Source: Asterionella formosa (lineage: Eukaryota). Taken from it: a DNA stretch of 20,000 nt. The stretch covers positions 47,684-67,683 of the forward strand of contig NKIB01012926.1 of assembly GCA_002256025.1 (NCBI GenBank), given 5' to 3'. Made by a program: the position numbers and the translations under genes. Shown one piece after another: positions 10,371 through 19,809 of this stretch (positions are counted from its first letter, which is position 1; every line of letters starts with the position of its first letter). Under the pieces are notes generated by a model. That model ran no database searches, was not told the DNA's origin, and saw only the letters and a list, made by a program, of their open reading frames with translations.

Positions 10371-11542
10371 CTACAAATAGGGGAGTACAAATGCTGGGCC
10401 ATAAAACAAACTATCCTTTTTGATTTTTAGAATAATTTCATCGTCATGACGAAGTTTATTAATTGATGAATTTGTAATTGAGATATGGTGTTGGTCCACT
10501 GACAGCAAGTTCAACTTGAGAAAAGTAATACAATTTGAGTTGCATCCACTTTTTAAAACGAAAACCAACATAGCTGGTATTGGGTTGTTGATTCTATAAT
10601 CATAACAAAGGATATTAACGCATGTGGAAAGTGAAAATGTATTCGGGTTCGCTGACAGATTCATCAAAATCAAATTCTAAATGAGTGGAGTTTTGTTCGA
10701 AGAAGGAAGGTTGGAACGATAAGCTGTCAAACAATTAATATGGTTCTGCTGAGTATAGCCAAGTTCTGTGGGCATGATGGAAGGAAGGGAAAGATTTGTG
10801 ACAAGAGGAAATAATATAGTAGTGGCAAATCAAAAATAAATAAAAGAATAAACATTTATTTTAACATTATGAAACATGCATGCGTTACTACTTAACTTGC
10901 TTAGCTTGTGCATTTCAACCTGCATCAACTATTCAATGACTTCCTGCAAGCACTGCAAGCAGGCCTACCAAGTGCAATAAGTATTTGCCAAGATAATGAT
11001 TAATGCGGGCAGCCATCAAGTCTTGCAGTAATGAAATGATGGGACAATGGCGCCATGCTGTGTATTCTAAAAATGTTGGATCTACCCGAGGTGGATATGC
11101 CGCACATTTGGTCAGAAAATGAGGGAACTGCTCGTTTAGAAATGGCCGAGTCTACACGAACCCTGTTGACCAAATTTTATGAACCATACCAATAATGCTT
11201 GGAAATTTTCCTACTGGTCTTGCATAGTAGTACTATGGAGGGGTACATAGCTGAGGTTGTGCCTTGAAACAAGGACATTAAACGATGAGGCATGACATCC
11301 ACTCAGAAAACAATGGCATCATACTTAAACTTTCAGACCAACAGGAAACAAGAGCTTAAACATTAATTATCAAGTATACCCATATTTGTCAATAGACGAA
11401 TATTACAACCGGATTCAGATATGTGAGAACATCCAATCTCTTTAAACTAGTACTTGCCAAGTCACTTTATTTATTTTTAATGTCTATCTCAGACCCCTTG
11501 AAACAGCAAATGCATAGCGAATTTCGTTTGAAAAAGTCTTCC

Positions 11543-13420
11543 TTAATCATCCAGAAATGCCTGTAGCGGGCGAAATCTGGACTGCCCTCCACTACCAGCT
11601 CGGCGTCGTGGTCGAACAAAGGGCTGGATATCACACTTTTCTGGTGATTTATTGGACCACTCTTTCCAATAGCTATCATCGTCTTCGTCTTCTTTCCCTT
11701 CCCCATCCTCTAAATAGTATTCCATTTTCTTATGTCGCCCACTAAAACCTGCTAAATACCGTCGTACCATAGAAAAATTGAGCGCCATACACATTGCAAC
11801 AGCAAGCAACAGTAAGGACACAATGGACCATCCAGAACTATGTACACGATCCTTCAATTCAGCTAATCTCTTGCGGGTTGTTAGTCTGGAGATGACAACG
11901 ACTCGAGGCGACTGTAGCGTATTAGGCCAATATTCACGTTTCAAGTGTTCATAAACGCGCTGCTTGTTCCAAGTAATATCATTGACGGCGTCACGAACTA
12001 TGTCCTGGCTGAAAAGGAAAATTTTGTGATCGTCTGGATCAACTATTGTTCCCGATGCGTAGCATTTTGGGCACAGTGCCGATGGAGGCCACTGGACCTC
12101 TTCAGAGTCCAAGAGGGAATCGTAACCTTCTTTCGTTTGCCTTAGACGCTCGATGCGGTAGGATTGATGAGCTTGCCACAGCCATATAGCAAGATTTCGC
12201 CACGAAGGGTCAGTGGTAATTGGAATCTTCTTTCGAAATCTTGAAAGCAGTCCCTTCTTCTCCAAACCCATATCTTGTCGGCAGCTCTCGCTCTTTTGAC
12301 ATGCTGAATAGGAAGCCACAACATTCTCTCCAGCTTTTCTATTATTGGCAAAACCAAATTCGTTGACGTAATCTTGGACAACTCCCATATTATGACCAAC
12401 TACTATTCTATCCAAATCACCCATGACAGCTCCATGTTGCTCCGCCACTCCAACTGACATAATGTGCAGGAGCTTCCAGAAGCCACAACCAAACCCGAGG
12501 TCTTCAGGATTGTTGGCCGCACAAGAGGTCGACCATTTTCGTGGATGCTTATAGTAGTCATGGGATTTGAGTATTCTTGTAACTTCCTCTATTGACCCTT
12601 CAATGACTTGAAAGTTATTTCGAAAATCATTTATCACATTGTGAATTAACGCCATGTCTCGTGTAGGGAGTGTCCAATGCATGAGATCCAGCCACTCGCG
12701 GAATATTTGTAGCCGATCAAAGGACCAAGGAACAACTTCGCCGTCACGACTCTGCTTGATGTTGGAATGGATAGAATGAAGGAAGGACTCCATCGCGTCG
12801 CTGCAGACGTCAGACAGCTCTGAATGTGGATGCAAAATCTCCCTCATGTGATCGATTTCTCCAATATGAAGCTTGTTGGGGTCATTCTTGTTGTTGAGTT
12901 GGTATTCTTTCATTTTGTTTCTTTCGTTTTCGTCTTGAAGTAGCTTTAGTGCCTCTTCGGCTTCATCGACTTCTTTCAGATTTACATTTAGCACATTAAC
13001 AACTTCTTCAATCTCGATATTATTATTCATGGTCCTCTGTATCAGTTTTCCTTCAATAGACCCCTGCGGAAAACCGAGCAAACGGGGAACCGCAATAATT
13101 CCCAAATCTTCACATGCGTCTCGATGTACTTCGCAATTGATTGCCCAAAACTCTACCGGTTCACGAATAGATCGTCGTCGAACTTCTCTGGCCACCGAGA
13201 CGTATCTATCTCTCAGTTGCACACAAAGAGGAGAGGCGGAGTGGTAGAAGAGTGCTACTCGAGGCCATGTCACTTCCAAGACAAAGGAGGGAGTCTCGGA
13301 AGTGAGCTTTTCTGTCGCTGTCACCAAAAACTCTTCGACCGGATGATATCTCGCCTGGGTGTATTGATATTCAGGTTCCTTTTCCTTTTTCGCTTTGGGC
13401 TCTCGATGACCGTACGGCAT
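11543..13420 (-). CDS. Quiescin sulfhydryl oxidase (QSOX)-like protein: thioredoxin-like domain, ERV/ALR-like domain and C-terminal transmembrane helix; catalytic motifs degenerate
   Basis: Trx-like ALFYHSASPLC...WAINCEVHRDACEDLGIIAVPRL. ERV-like WSTSC...GFGCGFWKLLHIMSVG, LAIWLWQAH, WPPSALCPKC, VYEHLKREYW. TM segment WSIVSLLLLAVAMCMAL. First ATG is at 13420 (625 aa); the frame is open to a TTG at 13531, and an upstream exon is possible. Confidence 0.8.
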   Translation of the reverse strand: MPYGHREPKAKKEKEPEYQYTQARYHPVEEFLVTATEKLTSETPSFVLEVTWPRVALFYHSASPLCVQLRDRYVSVAREVRRRSIREPVEFWAINCEVHRDACEDLGIIAVPRLLGFPQGSIEGKLIQRTMNNNIEIEEVVNVLNVNLKEVDEAEEALKLLQDENERNKMKEYQLNNKNDPNKLHIGEIDHMREILHPHSELSDVCSDAMESFLHSIHSNIKQSRDGEVVPWSFDRLQIFREWLDLMHWTLPTRDMALIHNVINDFRNNFQVIEGSIEEVTRILKSHDYYKHPRKWSTSCAANNPEDLGFGCGFWKLLHIMSVGVAEQHGAVMGDLDRIVVGHNMGVVQDYVNEFGFANNRKAGENVVASYSACQKSESCRQDMGLEKKGLLSRFRKKIPITTDPSWRNLAIWLWQAHQSYRIERLRQTKEGYDSLLDSEEVQWPPSALCPKCYASGTIVDPDDHKIFLFSQDIVRDAVNDITWNKQRVYEHLKREYWPNTLQSPRVVVISRLTTRKRLAELKDRVHSSGWSIVSLLLLAVAMCMALNFSMVRRYLAGFSGRHKKMEYYLEDGEGKEDEDDDSYWKEWSNKSPEKCDIQPFVRPRRRAGSGGQSRFRPLQAFLDD

Positions 13421-13614
13421 TGGATTGAATGAGGTTTGCGTGAGTCTCAAATGTGATAGTATGCGATGCCGAGTATGGTATTCAACAAACGTATCAGTGT
13501 GACCGCAAATGGTGGAGCAACGCACTGGCAAATTGTCCGGTCAGTCAAAGTCGATCGCGACGAAGGTATATAAAGCCTTTGAAATGTATAATCCACAGTC
13601 ATCAGTTGATAGTT

Positions 13615-13642
13615 CCTGGTACCAGGTACCTGGTACCCTGGT
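13615..13642. repeat. (WGGTACC)n cluster in the divergent intergenic region
   Basis: CCTGGTACCAGGTACCTGGTACCCTGGT lies between two head-to-head genes. Confidence 0.8.
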
Positions 13643-13814
13643 GCAATCAATTCATTTATTTCTAGCAGGGCAGTATCGGTATTGTGTATCGTAAGAGTCG
13701 AGTTATTCCTTCTCAAAGTGTAGGAAGCTGGCAGTCCACCAAGCTAGTACGTACCAGTAGAGTGCCTGGTAGCAAGTACTGCAATTCCGGCCAATTTGTA
13801 GCAGCTAGACTAGG

Positions 13815-16270
13815 ATGGATTTGACAACGATATTGATTGGTAATCTTGATGTTGAGTCAGTTCATGAATTGATTCTCGATCAACTGGAAATGACAGCTGC
13901 TGAAGAATCTATGGTACTGAGCAAATGCATATGGAAGAAAACGTTGGGAAATCCTTTCTTTGTGCTTGAATTTCTGGATGAGTTACTTGGCAGAGGATTG
14001 ATGGTTCAAACCGATTCATCTTGGTTTATTGATAAAGAGAAAATTCAAAACGAGACCAATGTTTCGTTCAATGTTGTCAGTCTTATCTGTAAAAGGTTGA
14101 ATCGGCTCCGTGTCATTGTGAGAGCTGTTCTGGTATATGCCGCCTATCTTGGTTTTCACTTTGGTATTGATGAATTGAAAGTCGTTGTGAATTCCGAGCA
14201 CGAAGATGCTTGCCCAATTTTGCCCAGATGTGATGTTGGAGATGATGGCATCACTTCCCGCATCGAAGCATAGCAACATCATGAGATGTGGATAGAATTC
14301 TGCATGCGGCAACTGCAGAGGGTGTTATCGAAAAGTGTGATGATGTTGGAATCAAGATGAAGTTTGTGCATGACTACCTTCAGACTGTCCTCTATGATTC
14401 CATTCCTGAAGGAGAGGAGCGAGCAATGATTCATTCGAGAATTGGTAAGCGAATTCGAGAAACCATGCTGCCGAAATCGAACGATTTTCTGTTTGCCGTT
14501 GTGCACCACCTCAATCATGCCTCATCATGCTTGGAGGAGGTAGACGATCTGGTCAACTTATCACGACTCAAACTCTCCGCAGCAAAGCTTGCAATAAGCG
14601 AAAAATCTACATTTTTGAGTGCCTCAGATTATTTGCAATACGCCATCCGGCTTCTGGGCCCAGAGACCATGTGGAATATACACTATGATCTTTGCCTGGA
14701 GATGCATGGCCTTTTTGCAAAAACCTCATATTGCATTGGGGACTTTGAATGTTGTAATCTGATGGTCAAGAGCATACTGAAAAATGGCCGAACCATTGAA
14801 GATAAAGCATGTGCTTACTATGCAGAAATCGATGCTCTCAATACTCAAGCGATGCAAATGCAATCAATCGAAAAGGGACTTTCCATTCTTCGAATGCTGG
14901 GAATGAAGGTTAAAAGAAAGCCATCAACGTTTACCCTTGTTTGTCAATTCCTAAAGATCAAGCAAATGCTTGATAGGAAATCAGACGAGTTCATCATTTC
15001 GATACCATTGCTTGCCAACAATGCACAAGTTCTCATGATCACAACCATCCTCACCAAAATCATGGCAGCAGCCTTTCTTGTAGGAGAAATGAACCTAAGG
15101 GCGTTAGCTATCCTAAAATTTTTTCAGCTGTCACTTCAGAAAGGTGTTTCATCTATGTCACCACCTGCAATTGCTGCTTATGGGGCAATAGAATCAAAGT
15201 TGGGAAATACAGAAAGCGCAAGTCGTTATGGCATGCTCGCTCTCAATTTAATGAACAAACTCTATGCTGCCAAAACAGCATGCCTAACCACGATAATTTC
15301 AGTTTCCTATGCAATGCATTGGAAACTATCCCTACCTGACTCTGTCGAACACTTGAGTAAAGCATTCCGAATTGGAATAGCTCAAGGAGACATTGATTCT
15401 GCTACAAAAGCGGCAGTTTTGTATATCATTGCCTCACTTCACTGTGGAAAGAATTTGCAAACATTGGACCAAGAGTGCCAAATTCTATTTGAAAGCATGC
15501 AGACTTACAAGCAAGTGCAATCCCTCGATCTATTTCTACAATATTGGTGGGCAATCACATCACTTATGGGGTCTCCTGACCATGAGAAGCACCCACTTCT
15601 GTGGCAGTCTGATGCAACAAACGAGGCAACCATAGCGGCAAGAGATAGGTCGCACCAAAATCTGGTTGTATTGATTTTTTCTTGGATCTCAAAACTTGTG
15701 ACAGCATTTCATTGTGGTCATCTTGACGCTGCCGAAGACATGGTTGCAAAACTTGAAGTACATACAACTGTTTTCAAGGGTCACATCATTTGTGTCTGGA
15801 TTCAGTTCTACTATGAACTGACCTTCTATGGGTTGGCGTTGACTGCTATTAAAGGTTCTTGGAAACGCAATAATTATCAACGACGTGGTGATAAAGTCCG
15901 AAGGTATATTACAATGTTGAAAAATAAAGGATGTCCAACTGCATTGTTATTTCTAGCTGTCTTGGAAGCAGAGCGAATGGCTTTGACTTCGAATGACGCA
16001 AACAAGGTATTGCAAGCATACAAAAATGCCGTTGCTTTGTCAGCTAGCAATGGGTTAGTCAACTACGAAGGTTTTGCTAATGAACGTGCGTGTTTTGTGC
16101 TGCATGAACTTGGTATCAATGCCCAACCATTTTTTGACCGTGCTGTTGAGTGCTACGTAGATTGGGGAGCATATCATAAAGTTCAAATCATAGAAAGGGA
16201 CTTCGACTCATTAATAGCATCTGCCCTGAGTGAAGAAGAAAATATGTCAATCGTCAAAAAGTTTTTCTGA
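13815..16270 (+). CDS. COG3899-like STAND/AAA-ATPase-associated helical and TPR-like protein, C-terminal portion; split into two frames (intron or pseudogene)
   Basis: KKTLGNPFFVLEFL, RLNRL...VLVYAAYLGFHF, MKFVHDYLQTVLY, VHHLN, YGMLAL, GIAQGDID, EGFANERA and YVDWGAYHKV are typical of this family. ORFs 13815-14273 and 14288-16270 are in different frames, with stops at 14271 (TAG) and 14282 (TGA). No Walker A/B motifs seen. Confidence 0.75.
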
Positions 16271-17850
16271 AAGTAAAACTTCACGGAGTACTGCAGTTTA
16301 ATGTTTGACGAAATCAAGTCCTTTTCATTTTGCATTATGTTTGTTAAAAACTGGGCCAAGCAAGACAATATTAATGAGAGCCAGTGCTCCTGCAGATTTT
16401 GAAGCACAGTGATTGAACTATTTCAAGTCTTTTCTTTCTCCTCCTCCACTTAGTATACCTCATACTCTGGAATTTTCTCGTACGCTGGTTTGACTTCTAA
16501 ACACAGTTACTTGTCAATAGCAAAGAAGTCACTGATTCCGAAAATATTGCAAAAAGTTGAACAGTGTGGGATATCCTCCTTCAAGCTCACATATAAAGTC
16601 GAGCAATCCATTGCTGTCCAATGATCATACTAACTTGGTTGTCAGGACTCAGCCAACTAGCAACTGTGGAGGACTTGCTAGCAAAGGGCAGCACTCTTTT
16701 AGATGCACTTAATTACGGTACTATTGTTTGCTTCAAATCCCAATAACTACACAGGATGTATGCTCAAACTCCATCTCCTTGGAAATAAGATTCAATGCAT
16801 CTGTATTTCCAATTAAAATTTTACATCAGTTCAGTTCTACCGGACAAAGTACCAGGATTATGTGTACCTCCACCGGACAATCATCCGGTATTTGAGAAAA
16901 TGATTGAACTGTTGTTCAGCAAGACGAACACGGTGAAGCTAGTGATATTCAGTTGAAGTGTAGTGAAGACCACATTCACGGCGTTATACCGGACAATTGT
17001 CCAGTAAATATCTAGTACTAGCTTGCAGTAGCTCTCTGCTGAAGGCTAATTTTTTGAATGGAATCCTGATTGAGTGAAAATGTGCCTTTTTTGTCAGTAC
17101 AAGTGTGATACATACGTGGCTGCAACTATAATTTAGAATTGCACCACCCAACATCACTCTAATGTATGACATGTACCATTTCTGTGAATGCAAGTATAGG
17201 TACATAATAATTATTGTATTAACTACTATAATTTTTGCATGCACATTCATTATCACATTTATTGCTCATTTGCACATTCTTGGTTGCATCCTCTTCCCTT
17301 CATGCTCACCATCATTATGCCAGATGTCCCTCTTCATATTCGTGACATTCCTTTACAGGAATTCAATGAGCAGATGATGATGGACAAGGGTACATGCTGG
17401 GCATACATTTCTGACAGTTTGGCCTCTTTTCGCTCAGGGTGGTGTGTTGAACAAAAACCAGGATGGTTTACAGCATATGCCCAGAACAAGATGATTCTTC
17501 CCAAGATGGAGGCAGCAGCAGGTATAGGTACTACAAGGGAAGAAAAATTGTGTTTGAAACTTTTTAGTTGAACTGATTCAGCATGCTGCATAGGAAGCCA
17601 TCATGATGCTGACACAAGATTGGCTGTCCAAGAGCTGCTATGGAAATAAGCGATCAGATTTATTCAACTTATTCAGGATGCATAATGGCACAGGCTTCAC
17701 AGTTGATTTTGAGCAGGAACTTAGCAACCTTTGCATGGTTTTTATCGGATTATTGCAGTTGAGAATCATTATGGGTCAGGAGAGTTTTTTGAGGGTAAGT
17801 ACCCCATGAACAATCAACTATTTCACCTCCTTTGTCCTTGGTTCATTGAG

Positions 17851-18099
17851 GTCAAGTTAATTTAATTTTTATAGTATGTTAAAGCTATCCAATATTCGCA
17901 GTTGTGCCCACTTAAATGGTAACAATTAGTACCAGTTTTATTCATCCGTATGATACAACAGTACCTGTCTCTTTGTCAGACTCGCCCCCATAACCCTAGA
18001 GACTACTACATAAAAGAAATACATTTGGAGAATGCAGGAATCGAACCTGCTACCTCATGAAGTGTGGTAACCAATTAATCCATTCCCCTACTTGGCTGG
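17851..18099 (-). mobile_element. 249-bp tRNA-derived SINE-like insertion with a 12-bp target-site duplication
   Basis: TGGTTCATTGAG at both 17839-17850 and 18100-18111. Removing the insert plus one copy rejoins the recombinase frame (…LLCPWFIE|LGTVDGIWGHLFL…). tRNA-like head at the minus-strand 5' end; A/T-rich 3' end ATAAAAATTAAATTAACTTGAC. Confidence 0.7.
18026..18088 (-). pseudogene. tRNA-Ala-derived sequence (63 nt) lacking an intact anticodon arm
   Basis: GGGGAATGGATTAATTGGTTACCACACTTCATGAGGTAGCAGGTTCGATTCCTGCATTCTCCA. Acceptor stem GGGGAAT/ATTCTCC with G3:U70 and A73; perfect T arm GCAGG-TTCGATT-CCTGC (B box); A-box-like TGGATTAATTGG. Confidence 0.8.
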
Positions 18100-18767
18100 T
18101 GGTTCATTGAGTTAGGAACTGTTGATGGCATTTGGGGTCACCTATTCCTGGCCTTTACTTGGAATTTGATTTACAGGGTCAATAACACAAGCCAAATTTG
18201 CTTGTCACATATGGAATGGACTGATGATGCTTTGTGTAAATACTTGGCAAGAAACACCAAGACAGATCAGAAAGGGACTCAATCAAAATATCCCAGACAT
18301 ATTTATGCAAATCCAATTGAGTGGTTACTTGGGAAGATTTCATAATGTTGCTAAAGGAAATAGTTGCTTATTCCCTGGTCACAATCAAATTGAGAGATTT
18401 TCATCTATTTTAAAGCAGAAGCCAAGAAAGGACAGCTATTTGAATAAGGTATTGAATCAAACAACATCAGCATGCACAGTATAAGGAAGGGGGGCTGCTA
18501 CCTTTATGGGGGAACTTCATCAGGTTCTATCAGTGTAAATGGTGGGTGGTCAATGGGCAGAGTCAAGGACATTGATGTCCAGTGGTATGAGCATTTGTGG
18601 GAAGTCCTTATGTGGTCTACCCATGTTACTTCCATGATTCTCTTCCTCTCTCCCTACATTTTTAAAATCCGAAACTTATGGTAATAAAACCAAAGCTGCA
18701 GTGTTTCCAATGAAGATCTTATGTATGTACCAATTGATGTACTACCAGTATATCAGCGTGTGGATGC

Positions 18768-19024
18768 AGGTACCTACCTGGTACCTGGTACCTCCTGGTA
18801 AAGTATTTGCAAAGGGCGGTATTTGTCGTAGTCACGTGATCATTTTCGTATTCTATCACCTATTACATGCTGGAGTGATAGTAACAGCCAAAGCAAAAGC
18901 ATCAATTGCACAGCTATATGTCGTAGTAACGTGATCATTTTCGTATTCTCTCGCCTAGTACTTCGTGGTGAGTTGCCCCTGGTATACACCTGGTACCTGG
19001 GTACCTGGTACCAGGGTACCAGGT
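18768..19024. repeat. Two (WGGTACC)n clusters bracketing a 43-bp direct repeat pair
   Basis: Clusters at 18768-18800 and 18978-19024. Repeat TGTCGTAGT(C/A)ACGTGATCATTTTCGTATTCT(A/C)TC(A/G)CCTA(T/G)TAC at 18824-18866 and 18919-18961. Confidence 0.8.
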
Positions 19025-19264
19025 TAGAGGTAATGTACCATATCACCATGCTCCTTGAACATTATATAGGTATGTATATATGTAAATATGATTATGATAA
19101 AAAAAAGGAAAAAGATATTTCGTCCCCCTATATCGATATTTCGTCCCCCTCTTTTTGATAAACCCTTAAACCCTACTAGCCTACATAGTCTTCGTATAAA
19201 CCACCAATACTTTTTTGCCACACGAATTTTAGTTGACTCCTCCACGACACTGCCGTGCTAATGC

Positions 19265-19809
19265 ATGCACATCATTGTGTTCGAATTGACTCTGATGCCT
19301 CCTCAACCAAAGCTGTCAGAACCTATTGGGGACAATACAGAGGAGGGAGATGAAAATTTATCCGACGTCAATCTAATGGATCAAGTCACATTTGATTCTC
19401 GGGAAAAATGCATTGAAGCTGTTACCAAGTATTATAAGGATATGTAAGCTCTGGAACATTCCAAAGCACCGATTTTCACGAGCATTGGATGCTTCAGCAT
19501 GAGACTTCATCCCCAGCAGCCAATGTCTCCTCTCCACGACAGAAGCGGCTGAACTCAATCCAAGAGACCCTATATTCGGTAGATGCTGATCAAGTTCCCG
19601 TTTTATTGCAAAGACTTGAGGAAGCCACTTCTCGACCGCTACATATGCTTTCAAATCCAGTGGTCAGTGTAGTTAGGAAGCGTGGACGTCCTCCAGGCTC
19701 TAAGAACCGTGCTAATCAACGAGATAAGTCAAGATTTGAATATGTCAGTGGAAATCAATGTGGTAATTGTGGGGTGAATGGGCACAATTCACGTACCTGT
19801 CCCAAATGA
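19265..19809 (+). mobile_element. Internally deleted Mutator-like (MULE/FAR1-type) transposase remnant
   Basis: N-terminal TFDSREKCIEAVTKYY is joined near 19445 to C-terminal DFHEHWML...RKRGRPPGSKNR (AT-hook)...RDKSRFEYV...CGNCGVNGHNSRTC (CCHC knuckle). No DDE core. Upstream 16-bp direct repeat GATATTTCGTCCCCCT at 19114 and 19135. Confidence 0.65.

Larger units (their letters stand above)
17270..18690 (+). mobile_element. Degenerate Crypton-like (CryptonS-type) tyrosine-recombinase element
   Basis: Colinear blocks across frames: LSKSCYGNKRSDLFNLFR; EGKYPM..LFHLLC; HLFLAFTWNLIYRVNNTSQICLSHMEWTDDAL (catalytic Arg box); KTDQKG...PRHIYANP; LFPGHNQIERF; HSIRKG (HxxR); GGWSMGRVKDI. Multiple stops and frameshifts. 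Boundaries approximate. Confidence 0.8.

Noticed and set aside
16400..16800. Possible decayed minus-strand coding sequence
   Set aside because: Multiple stops and no recognisable family motif.
18026..18088. Functional tRNA-Ala gene
   Set aside because: Only 63 nt; the D and anticodon arms cannot form and no anticodon is identifiable.
18824..18961. CRISPR-like repeat-spacer-repeat
   Set aside because: Only two units, no cas genes, and a eukaryotic nuclear context.
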